From positions 2,480,001 through 2,544,000 of the forward strand of contig JAMWBK010000005.1 of the NCBI GenBank assembly GCA_029953675.1: a stretch of DNA of 64,000 nt. The letters are read 5' to 3'. Positions 23,784 to 35,168 of this stretch are shown here, piece by piece. The notes beneath the pieces are model-generated. The model searched no databases and was not told the origin of the DNA. It saw only the letters and a program-made list of their open reading frames with translations. Made by a program: the position numbers and the translations under genes. The first letter of the stretch is position 1. Each line of letters opens with the position of its first letter. The stretch comes from Rhodosorus marinus CCMP1338 (taxonomy: Eukaryota > Plantae > Rhodophyta).

Positions 23784-26205
23784 GGATATAGCATCGACCA
23801 AAGCTGTAGAACCAACCTGTACAGAGAACTGAAGTGAGAGCGAAGGTAGAAAGATTAGAAGACGCTCCATTCGTTTTGCCGCGAACAACAGCACCAGCAA
23901 AAACGAATGGAGGTGCTGGATTCACGGCCGCTTCGATGAACCTTCCTAGTCAAGCTCAGCAAACAACAGCGCTTGGATTCTGAGAACCTCAACGTCCACC
24001 CAAGTTGCATCTCGCATTTCATCCCGAGGATACTGCGCGGCTAGCCACTCTGACCGGAGGCAGGCGATGAGGAGCGAACACCAAAACTCGACTGTCCCAA
24101 TATACCTGATACAAATTGTCCGGCAGTGTTCGCACGGTTCAGTATTTGAAATTAAATTGACGTTAGAAGTACATAATTGGTGAAGAAATACATTTTTTTG
24201 AAAATATCGTTTGACGTCTTATTCAATTCAAATGTTTTAGTCGTGCAGATGATATTGTAGAAAAAAAGCACAATACGTGGTTAAAAGTTAAGAGGACAAG
24301 TGGTTTTGACGCTGCCGAGGGGGATGAGCTACGTGGAGCAAAGGGTTTTGTCAAAGGGGAGAAACGTGACAGATCTTGGCATGCTACACCATATGCAGGC
24401 AAAACAGGTTGTCCACAATCGAGTCCTCGCTTCAAGATTGCCGTTGGTGACTGTTGGGGTTCAGGGCCCATCTTTGAACATGAGGAGTGCTCCCAAACGA
24501 CCTCGTAGGCATCTCAGGAAAGTGAACACCGAATACGGGAATGCAAAGCATACAACGCCTACTTAAACGCCAAGGTAGCCCTAGTGTCATCCCTTGAGAT
24601 TGCTCAAAGCAGGGAGACGAGGACCGACCTCGAAAGCTGACCAGGTTAACTCCTACGAAGAGGAGTTTGCGGGACCCCGTCTCATCGGTCTGTACCGCTG
24701 ATCATTGAGTGTCTACTAGACAGAGTTACTTCTCGCTGGCTTGGTCGTGTTTTTCGCCATGCCCCGGCCCCCTTCACAGCCTCCTCACGGAAACTGTGTC
24801 AGACTCTCCGGCCGTTCACACTCCTCTATCGTTTCTTGGACCCGCGTCACCAGCGTCTCCCTTTCCACTCCTCCAGTTAGGTCGACTCCGAAAATAAGTT
24901 GACTGTTGCTGTCGAACAGAGAGGTCGAAACAAATATCCGCTCTATTCAGACCAAGTAAGAAACTTAAAACACGAAAGCAAACACTCTCAACACGAAAGA
25001 CTTGAGAAATACTTCAAAACAACAAGTCCAGTAGCTTCGATGCACAGAGGCCCGCCCTTGGCTCAATAGCTTCCATACCGAACATCGAAAAAGAAAGCTC
25101 ACATGATGTTTGGATCTTCTGTTCTTGGAAAAAAAAAATTTGGGGGGGCGTCGGAAAAACGGATCAGCCACTAAAAGAGGAAGGAAAAGAAAGGATGAGG
25201 ACAGTAAACCTATTTATGGAATATTATTGTTTCGAGGGAGGAAGAGGATGGTTTTCATTATCGTTGGCGATTTTGTCTTGTATTTTTATTGTATGGTGTG
25301 GTTCTAGTTTTTTTTTCTTGGTTTCTGTTTGGGGGGGGGGAAGGTGGGGGGGGTGGGGGTGGTATTTTACGTTCACGATCATTTAGGTAGTAGTGACGAC
25401 AGACCATGTGCAAATAAAAATTGTGTAGTTTTTTTTTTTTGGGGGGGAGAGCCTCGGGAAAGTGAAGAAAGGGAAAAGTGAGAAGAGGAGGCAGGGGGAG
25501 GAGGGTTGTGGTAGGTTGAGTAGAAGAAATCTTGCGTTTTTAGATTTGGTGTTGGTGATGAAGGTGAGAGTTGGAGAGAGAGGCGGGGAGGAGGGAAGTA
25601 GACTGGTTTTGGGTTTTTAACTGGTTTGGTGGGGGGGAGGGGTTTGGCGGGAAAGACCGGTATATTTGTAGGGTTTGGGATCTTTTTGAAGAGGAAGAGG
25701 TTTGGGAAGAGTTGTTTTTAGGTTGCGGTTGGTGTGTTTGAGGAAGAAGTAGGATCACATTGTTGAGTTTTAGGAACTCGGAGAGTGAGGTTGTGAGTGT
25801 TTGTAGGGGAAGGCAGGAATTATCTCTGGGTAGGTTGGGAAGAGGGGTTTGAAGCAAGTTGGGTCATTTTGGGTGGAGAGCTGGATGAGGAATTTTATGT
25901 GTGTATTCAAGGCTTTCACTAGTGTTGGATTCGCTTCGCACAAACGAGGGAAGGTGACGGAACGGGAGAGCAATTTATAAGGAGGATGATGACGATCAGT
26001 GAACAGGTCAAATTCAAGAAGTTAGCTGTGGACTGAGAGATTTAGACAGCTGTTTGTTTGCGTTTTGGGTAAAGCAACTTCGAAGCTCTGTCTTTTGCGT
26101 GTGTGGTGGCGGGGACTTTAATGATCTGAGGCAGTTGAGCAAAAGAACTTTTCGGCTTTTTGTTTTGTTTTCTTGGTTTCACTTTGGGAGTGTGTTTGTA
26201 CAATT

Positions 26206-27534
26206 ATGGATTTGGATTTTGAGCACCTTGGAGACTACGAAGACGAAGCTGCGGCTCCTGGACTGTTCGTTCCGTTGGATGGAGAAGGCACGGATTCGGT
26301 TACTCCCGGAATGATGCCGCTCATTTTATCAACTCCTGCCGGGGAGAAGCGACAGGTTGATGTCAATGTAAACGCAACGGTCGGGGAGCTCAAAACGCTC
26401 GCAAGCAATATTGGGGCGACAACCCGGGGAAATACCCTAGAAGCTGAGGAGAAAAAGGAATCCTTCAACCTTGTGTTTGGTGAAAATACGCTCGACGGTA
26501 AGATATTTTCGAGTTCCATCCGCGCAGAGTGGTTTGTGTTGGTTCCTTGCACGATGTCTGAATTCTTTTCGACGTCTGCTAATGAACGCGGTAATAGATG
26601 ACGAACAGCCGCTTTTCAAGACAACAATCCTTGATACATATGAGCACGCAGGTGGAATGCTGAGGGCCATTGAAGAAGCAGAGGTTCAGGATGAAAATGC
26701 GATGAAGGCGCTTGATTCTACGCTGTCTGTGGTTGGGAATGTACAACAGGGAGGGGTAGACTTTGACCAAATGCTGTTGGATGCTCTCAAGGCTGGGCTG
26801 GACACCACCGCAGGAAGCCCTGAACCGGAAGCTGAGGAGCCTGAACCAGACCAACAAGATCTGACCCCGGGACCTGATGATATACCGTGGAACCCCAAAG
26901 TACAAGTCGCGAGACGAGCAGCCTCGGTGGTAACCAGAGCGCACCAAGCATCGATATCGGACCGGCGTACGGTTCCTGACGTACTTCAGAAGCTTTCAGA
27001 CAAGATACCAGATATCTTCTCCCCTCAGGCAGCGGAAAAGGTCGGCAGGAACTGGGATGCTATGACGCCGAGATCAGCCAAACTCCGGGCACCGAACGCG
27101 GAGCTGGGCATGATGAATGCCGGCGGCGCTAATTCCGGAGCGACGTGGATGTCAAACCTGATCGACTCCTGGGAACGCGCCCACGCAAAGGACCCGAGCA
27201 CTGAGCAGCGCAACAGCCGAAAAAGGGATGCTGAATCGGTAAGTAGTTCTACACCCAAGCAGTCAGCGGACTGACAATTCAACCGCGTCGTAGGGCGAAA
27301 TGGGTTTCTAACTGGGCTTCCCCGTTCCCTTCTCTGCGTTCGCTCAGGCTCAACTTACCCCGGACCACCGCAAGTGGAAACAAGCGTATAACCGAGCAGC
27401 AGCAGGAGGTCAGCCCAATGGGGTGAAGGACAAGCTCGAGTACCTTGAACATATGCTAACAATTCAAGTTAAACCGGAGGATCACCGGCGCAACTAAACA
27501 CGACTGTTCTTCAATCCTTTTTGGGGACGTTTGA
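26206..27534 (+). CDS. Hypothetical protein with an N-terminal ubiquitin-like fold segment; 3' exons uncertain
   Basis: LILSTPAGEKRQVDVNVNATVGELK...FNLVFGENTLD|DEQPL resembles a UBL domain. Canonical donors at about 26498 and 27239, and a long open exon 26600-27238. Confidence 0.55.
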
Positions 27535-28265
27535 GCTGTCCACCCGATCATCCCAATCATAACACCTCGCTCAGGGAGAGAGAGAGGACCTTTGCAGGAT
27601 CAGAAGCTGTACAACAAACTCGAACTTTGGCATGGCTCAATGCTGCGCGTCGTCGAGACCCATCACCAGCGATTGCTCCGGTTGCTCGATATCACAGCTC
27701 TCTAGTTTAAATACAGGCGGGACCTGGGTTGCCCTGTTACAACGTGCACTTCAAGGGCGCCCGTCCTAGAGTTGCGGACTACGGCTTGGGAAGTTGGGGG
27801 AGGAAGCGGCGGTTCCTCTAAGTCTTATCTTTTGAAGCGGGTAATCAATTACAGACGAGAGAGAGACGCGAGTCTCTTTGTCGAAAACCAAGATTTCGTT
27901 CTTTTCTTCGGTTGTCGTCTATTACTTACGTCTTTTTCAAAAGACTTATGTTACATATTCAACGATGTTCACTATTAATAAAAAAAACCAGAAACAAAAA
28001 CAAAACCATCTCAAATACGCAGCAACGGGCCCGAGATCTGTGCTCAACCCTTCCTTGCCTGAGTTTGGCTCAGCGGACAAACGTTTTGTGCCAGGTCCCT
28101 TTGCGTATGATATCAGCTCCTTCCTTTCACGATTTGTCTCCCCGAAACTGGTCTCCGAAAACCGCTCGAAGACAGTACAATACTCATCCGCGAAAGAACA
28201 GGATCTAGCCCGTCCACCGAAGCTGCGTAACAGAAAAAAGGATGCCACCGTGACGCAAAGCGAAA

Positions 28266-29840
28266 CTAGTCTCTATTTGGGTCGGCGGTTATTGTGCTCA
28301 GAATTTCCAGGTTCTGAATAATCTTCCTATGCTCATTGAAGAGGTGGTAGATGCCTTTGTACTGCTCAGTTAGGAGTTGGCTAATCGAGCGCACAGCCAA
28401 GGTATCAACGTCTGCGTGCGTTCCGCCATCCTGGAGAAGTCACAAAGTAGAGAAGAAGAGTTGGAAACCGAGGAAAAGAGCGCCCCAAGCCAGGTTTCCA
28501 CGATTCTATCTTCAAGCAAATACTCACCGATTGAGTCCTCTGCTCGATCGCGAACTTAACGGACCGATCAAGATCTGCGAGTTTGTCGACAAGCTTGCTC
28601 GGTTTCGATAGCTGTCTGGCGGTCGCTTCCAAGCTGTTTCGCTGACTAATTTCATCTTCAGTGAGATGCAGGCCGCGGCTGAGGCCTCTTTCCAACTTGC
28701 ACATTAGACTAAACAACCTCTGGACAAGCTCATTGTGCCTTCTTCGATAATCAGAGAACTTCACTGCCGAGGATAGATCGTGTTTCTTCTGAAGGTCAGC
28801 CACTGATCTCTCAATGCCACCGAGGACCCCCAGATGAGCGTTGAGTCTAGCATTCTGCTGTCCAACTCGAAAATGCAACTGTTCAAACGATGATGCCTGT
28901 GCAGGTACAAGCCTAGTCGGATCCGGATTATTATGCACAGCCTGCTCCCACAGTCTCTCATCAGTACCTGGTGGCTTTTCAAACCTTGGAATATCCCTAG
29001 GGTCTACGACGTTGTACAACATATGTCGAAACCTAAACAGTTTGGAACATGCCAGAGATTCCAAGTGTCAGGAACGAGGAACTGGGACAGCTGATGTGGG
29101 ACTGAGGAAACGTACCGACAATACGGTCCATTTGGATCAAACGCATCGAAGATTGACTGCAGGCCGTGGGGAAGTTGTGGAGTTGGAGAGGGTTGTCCCA
29201 AGGGAGCGAGGCCTCCGCCAAAGCCACCGGCAGGCTGTCCAAAAAGAGATCCTTGGGCCGGAGCTGTGGAAGATCCGAAGAGCGAGGATCCTGTGCTACC
29301 GGCGAACAAAGAACCGCGTGCCTGATTTCCACCGAACAGGCTAGGAGCTGAAGCACTTCCGGCGGCGGGCTGTCCAAAACCACCACTGCCCAGAGTTGTA
29401 GAGCCAAGGCTGGCGCTCGAACCCCCAAAAAGCGACCCACCAGGAGGAGAAGAAGAACCAAAAAGCGAAGTCGATCCCGCCCCAGCTGGTGTACTGCTGC
29501 CAAACAATGAGGTGGATCCTGCACCAGCTGGCGTACTGCTACTAAAGAGTGACGTTGATCCGGCGCCAGCTGGTGTACTGCTGCCGAACAATGAAGCACC
29601 AGGCTGTTGCGCGGGTTGATTCGATCCGAATAAGCCTCCTCCCCCACTCGACTGAGCCGGCGTTCCAAACAGCGAGGCTCCACCTGGCTGAGGAGCACCA
29701 AGCCCCGGTGCAGTACTGCCTCCTCCACCGCCGAACAAATTCCCACCTCCACCAAATCCACCAGGAGCAGCACCCGGCTTCGCCCCAAACGGTGACGATC
29801 CTACCGCAGTACTGCCACTTCCAAATCCTCCGAAAGACAT
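28266..29840 (-). CDS. NUP54: FG nucleoporin Nup54, 3 exons
   Basis: N-terminal SLFG repeats, then LYNVV...KPPGTDERLWEQAVHNNPDPTRLVP and a coiled coil. Last exon LLTEQYKGIYHL...NLEIL...RD* (TAG 28266-28268). Confidence 0.88.
29461..29595 (-). repeat. Coding tandem repeat of 3 x 42 bp (PAGAGSTSLFxSST) in Nup54
   Basis: CCAGCTGG anchor at 29482, 29524 and 29566. Differences between copies are largely synonymous. Confidence 0.9.
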
Positions 29841-30031
29841 CCTACCAAACCCCCTCTGTCTCACTCCTAAACCCAACAAACACAATCAAACTAAACGCGA
29901 CATGACCCTAACAAATCACAAAACACAAGTATTACGAACCTAATCTATTCAAGCTAAACCACATATTTCCAAATAATCAAAGCAAAAGAAGCATCCAGCT
30001 TGCTTGTTCTTAAGAATCCGTCACTTCAACG

Positions 30032-30078
30032 TTCCCTCCTCCCTTCCTCCCTTCCTCCCTCCCTCCCTCCCTCCCTTC
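30032..30078. repeat. Pure polypyrimidine (CCCT/CCTT)n tract upstream of NUP54
   Basis: ttccctcctcccttcctcccttcctccctccctccctccctcccttc read directly. Confidence 0.85.
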
Positions 30079-31317
30079 GACACTCCCCCCACCACCCACG
30101 ATCTTACGAGATCCTAAAACCGCCAAAGAATCAAAACGACTCGGGTCTCTTCTAGCTAATCTTCAACAAGACAGAAACCTGATTCTCCTTCAAAAATCCA
30201 TCCAGTCAACCTTATTTCTCTAGAAAAAGGAATCCGTCCTCAAAAACTGTGCAAAAACTCCGCCCCTAACTCCTACACACACCTTCACCTTCCCCCCCGC
30301 CTTTCATCGTCCTCATCAGCCTGGATGATAAATGGACCCATTTAAGTGTCACATCAAAATTCAATCAATTAACTATGTAAATTGACTGCGTTAATTTTGT
30401 AATGTATTTAGAGGTTGGGAGTGTATTTACTTTTTTTTTGGAAATCGGGAGGGGGGTTTGGGGGTGGGACACAGTAGATGTTCAGTTGGGACGGGTATTG
30501 GATGTGGGTCGTCTATATATTTTTATTTTTTTTGAGTTGAGGCGGATTGGGATGAGCTGGAAAGGTGTCAGGAAGGTTTAAGCAGATATTGGATGTGAAA
30601 CTGGAGATCTGGACTGGAAAATTCGCAGCTGAGTGGAGAAATATTTCGGAATTTGGTGGCGTAGTGGATTTGGAGACGGAAACGCTCCTGAGGTATTGTC
30701 TCACAGAGGGGGGGGATGGGGGGGGAGTGGTTTTCTAAAGCATGCGGTTCGTGAAGATAGAGGAGACGGATTCATAAAAATTAATGAATTGCTTCCGGAC
30801 GGACGTGCTCCGTTGTTTTGCTGTCGATGACCTCGACGTCCAGTACGTCCCGTTCAGCCAAGTCACCGCCGACGGGGGAACATACTACTAGTGAAGTTTT
30901 GGCCATGTCCATGGTGACCTTGACAACATCGATCTGAGCGACCCACAACGGAGCAAAGAAAAATGCGCGCTCTCGAACGGACGTTGCAGATGGATGGGCT
31001 TTCAGTTGGTTACCTCTGCTTGTGCAGAAGAAGGCATTTTTTGGCAAGTGCCTGGTCTGTCAGTGGTAGGTGGGCTTTTCGTTTTTCTGTGACTTGCTGC
31101 ATATGTTTATGGCTCAAAACTCTGTGCACAACGAATCGGTCCCAAGTTCTCGGTGTCGCTCTGTCCCCTTTCTAAAAACCTCGAACTGTCTCTCGCACGC
31201 TACTGGAGGAGAAGAGCTTTGGAGAGCAGTGCAAAACAAAAGGAGGTACCGTGATTCATCGTGACAACCCCAAAAAAGGAAGAAACGAACTCCGCGCTGC
31301 GTAAACAAGCAGATCGC

Positions 31318-32033
31318 CTAACCGTAGTTGAGTCTAGCCAATATCAACGTTGAGAACGAGTTCAGTTCCTGGAAGACGTGATCCAAACTCTTCCCTTGCT
31401 TTTCTGCTTACCTAAACATATCATTGTGAACCCAGTAACCACCTTCCTTCGGCATGAGATGGAAGGTCTGGGAGAACTTGATAGGATTAGTGCTGTCATC
31501 GACGAGGAGCTGTCCCGACACAAAAACGAGTATCGAGTTCGGCTGCGCGGCGACAACGGGTTGGACATCGAATGTTGTCACCTGATGTTGTACTCTTTGG
31601 AATGAAAGGTTCTGCAACAGACGAGATCACTTCAATCTTAGTAACTTTGATCAACAGCGTGAAAGAGATAAGATGGGGGGTTTCATCGCGGCAATCCATA
31701 CCGCGAGCTTCTGTACGATCGCTTCTGCGCCCATGAATGTCTCGCCTTCGAAGGAAAGCATCGAGTTCCCTTGCTGCAAATCAAGACGAGAGAAGCGGGT
31801 TAGAAGCAAAATCCACGCTCCTCCAGCGGAACAAAATCAAATTCAAGACAAAAAACAATCCTCAAAGTAAAACGACCAGAAAGCTCACGACTATACCCAA
31901 TTCCACCCACATCCAGAAGAATCGCGATCTCCATACTTACATACAAAGACACCAATCCCGCACGATTCGTATCAAACGTTGAATAATAGTGCTTTACAAA
32001 AGCCTCTCCAATCTGCTGATATTGATCACCCAT
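31318..32033 (-). CDS. NTF2: Nuclear transport factor 2, 4 exons
   Basis: MGDQYQQIGEAFVKHYYSTFDTNRAGLVSLY|...SMLSFEGETFMGAEAIVQKL|...QHQVTTFDVQP...ILVFVSGQL...FSQTFHL...VHNDMFR|LNYG*. Confidence 0.95.
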
Positions 32034-32867
32034 CCTCACCAACAAAAACAAACAAAAAAAAACACACAAAACAACTCCAACAACACGCACAAAATCCCTC
32101 CCCTCTACCTTCCCAAAGTACTTCGATCAATTGACTCTTCCTTTTATCCCTTTCCTTCCTCCCGCTCCAACCTTCTTCTAAGCAACAAATCCTTCCTTAA
32201 CCTCCACCTTTCTATCAATGAGAAACTTTCCCATTGTCACCTTCCCCCTCCTCCCAGCCCTCCTCCCTCTGCCCCAACTCTTTTCCCACTATCAATTCGA
32301 TCACTATTCCCATCGCAAAAAAAAATCCACGCACGCCATCTATTTATACCATAACAAAAATACCTTATACCGTCTAAATATCTTTCAAATTACTTTCATT
32401 AATCCGAATCGTGACTACTCAGAGATATAGTAAAAACGATATAAAGAATCTATTCGTTATTGATTGATAAATTGAAGTTTGGAATATTTGCAAAGGGGTG
32501 AACAAAATTTAATGTTTTGAATATTGTTAATTAAAATGAATATTCTGGGAAGAGTACGACAATAAAAAGGGTCCGGATTGTTTTATATTGATTTATCAAG
32601 TTGATTGATTGTCGTTGGAGGTTGATGAACAACACAATGAATGGACGTTCACTGATCCATCAATGGGATCGCTCGGTGGGGTTGCGGTCCGATGATTGCA
32701 TTAGGTTTCTCAGTAGTGAGTCCTCTGGTTTTTTGGTCTGGTTTAGATGATATCGGAGGACAGCGTCGAAGTTTGGCAGAAGTCTGTGAGCGATTAATCA
32801 ACTTGTAATGACTTAGTTAGGATGCGGCGCGGTCATTTAGGGTTTGAAAGTAGTTCTTGTGAGTTGG

Positions 32868-33713
32868 TCAGGTACCGGTCTTCTTCGATTTGGGCCTCCT
32901 GAACTGTAGCTCTTCGTTATCGATGGAGTTAATATCCTTAAGGTCAGGTCGCGTCTCCTCCAGGATAGATAGGACGAGCTCTGAGTCTGTTTGAAGCGCG
33001 TGAGCAACGTAAGCAAGCTCCAGCGAGAGGAAAGCCTTTGCAAACTGCATCAGTGCGCGTCTCCTTATCTCAGTCGCGGCGATCATCGTCAATCTTTTGG
33101 AAGAGTCGTACGGTGCTCCTTTTGCGGTCTCAAAATATCTCACCGGGTCAGGCTTTCTCGCGTATGATATGCAAGATGTTACGAACTCCAGATGCCCTGC
33201 ATCCTTGAGTCCTAGAATAAGTTGTCTTGGGTTCCACTTTACTAGGCCATGCAGCAAAGCCCTGTTAGTGCAAAATTCTTTGTACCTTGGGGAATCAGGT
33301 TGATAGAAATCCTGCAGTAGTCTCGTGGAGACCTGTGAGTAGACTTTCATATCCTCGGCAAAGAGAGATGCATCGGCTGCAGACTCATATATAGCAATCA
33401 AAACGTCATTTTCCGCAGAGCCCGAGGTTGCGGTCATGGTTAGCCTTCGAAATCCTCTAGTCACTTCCTCCCATTCGTCACCGGAGGACCCACCGTCCTT
33501 CGACTGAAGGACCTTCATTCTGTCTCTCAGCTTTTCCAAGGCGGATAAGAGCGAGTCTCTATCCTTCTCACGAGCAGGAGTTCTCGTCAATCCGTCCTGG
33601 CCTCCAATAACAAGTTCAGAAAAGCGCTGAACGACCGGCCCTCCAGAACCCCTCTCGAATCGCTCTTTCCGCCGGGCTCTGGCCGTAGCGGACTCCTCCA
33701 CAAAAGTGTTCAT
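32868..33713 (-). CDS. SAC3/GANP/THP3-family (PCI-type) protein, single exon
   Basis: 281-aa ORF. RARRKERF start, and IAIYESAADASL..D...YSQVSTRLL..FY resembles the YETHARIAL..D..EFNQC..QL..LY block of the family; ends with LMQFAKAF..L. Confidence 0.55.
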   Translation of the reverse strand: MNTFVEESATARARRKERFERGSGGPVVQRFSELVIGGQDGLTRTPAREKDRDSLLSALEKLRDRMKVLQSKDGGSSGDEWEEVTRGFRRLTMTATSGSAENDVLIAIYESAADASLFAEDMKVYSQVSTRLLQDFYQPDSPRYKEFCTNRALLHGLVKWNPRQLILGLKDAGHLEFVTSCISYARKPDPVRYFETAKGAPYDSSKRLTMIAATEIRRRALMQFAKAFLSLELAYVAHALQTDSELVLSILEETRPDLKDINSIDNEELQFRRPKSKKTGT

Positions 33714-33801
33714 GTCGAAATCGGTCTTACGCGAAGCTCATCAACATCTGGTCTCCTCATAGAAACCAAACGATTCTTGAAACCTACAGCAGGCACTAGC
33801 C

Positions 33802-34998
33802 ATGAGAGTAACTTGCCGAAAAACGATCTCATTCAATGAATCCAACGTGCGTCGATTCCCCCAACGGATCTGGTTTCCTTCCGTGTTTCGATATCCAAAC
33901 GCCACAAGAAGGTTCTACCACGTGGATGCAAACATTGGCTTGCGAAGATCTCCTCGGAGATTCTTCTACAATGTCGATGATGATGAAAACGACAGCGACT
34001 TGATTGACGACTTTCGCGGATCCGCAGGAGAAACGGTCCGTCCTGATTCTTCATGAGGAGTGTGCACTCCCCGGAGATACTCCAATACGGGAAGATGGAG
34101 CTGTTGGTGAGGCTGTCGCTGATGGTGACGAAGCAGCGGAGGTTTGTGATCATCAAGAACATCACGCTTGTTGATGAGCACAAACGGTTACTTGAGCTCT
34201 TGACCGAATCCTCATCGCGTCCACCTTGCTTGGAGCTGGTATTTCCCACTGATGGGGCTAGGAACAGGACTGGACGGTTTTGCTTAGGTCACAACTCGGT
34301 TCAACAATATCCTAGGACCCAACTTCGCTCGTGATTTGTGCGGAGCTTACGAGTTGGATCTGGTCTTGCGCATTATTTACGAGAATCTGCTCAGAGCGGG
34401 TCTCTATTCCATTCTTTCTGGCCTCAATAGCAGAATTGCGTTGCCAGAAGAGTTTTATCTGCTGGATAAAAAGAACTTGCCCAAGAGGGAATGTAGTTCC
34501 GCCGCTACAGTGGCTGCAACATGCCGGCATGTCGACCCTCTTCTGCTGATCCCAGTACCCTGCACGTTTCTCAGTCGCCTAGGTTTATTTGCGTGTTCAG
34601 TTCTAACGTTCTTTGCGAACATTGCAGATTGATGGGTATTGACTGATGGCTGTACGCACGATTGCAAGCGAATGCTTGGTTCTTTTCAAACGCACACCAG
34701 GAAACAAAACACTGTTTACACGGGGCCATCACTACTAGTACCCTGGAAGCTAGAGAAGATTTGCCCACCAACCAGCTCGCATAAGGCCTGGTCAGCGTCG
34801 TCAGCTCTCCGGCCTGCTGTGATATCGGTTTCGAGCTTCCTGGGAGAGGGTTCAACACAAGGGTTTACTTGCAAAAGACCGAGACGCCTCATCAGTTTAC
34901 GACTAGTAGATTTATACCCTACTCAGATCGCTGACTCAATCCTGCGACTTCATGACGCGAACGGTTCCAACACTACCGCGACAAAGAGAGTAGAATAA
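33802..34998 (+). CDS. Hypothetical multi-exon protein; structure uncertain
   Basis: ORF pieces join through plausible splice sites (...PPCLEL|gtattt...gcttag|VTTRFNNILGPNFARDLCGAYELDLVLRII...). Arg-rich N-terminus. No family recognised. Confidence 0.35.
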
Positions 34999-35168
34999 AT
35001 GATTACAGAGTTTTATTTTCTTGCTCCTTTCTAAAAAATGCGCGATACAAAATTTTTAGCTCCTCGCGGTACGAACGATTGGATCTGAAATATCCAACCT
35101 TGACAAAAGCAAGCGCTACTGTCCAAAAAACAGGCCCTGCTTCGCAAGAGCCTCAGCGTGCTCCCCCC

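Noticed and set aside
24590-24700. Nested stems suggesting RNase P/MRP or SRP RNA
   Set aside because: The conserved P4 or SRP helix-8 sequences are not present.
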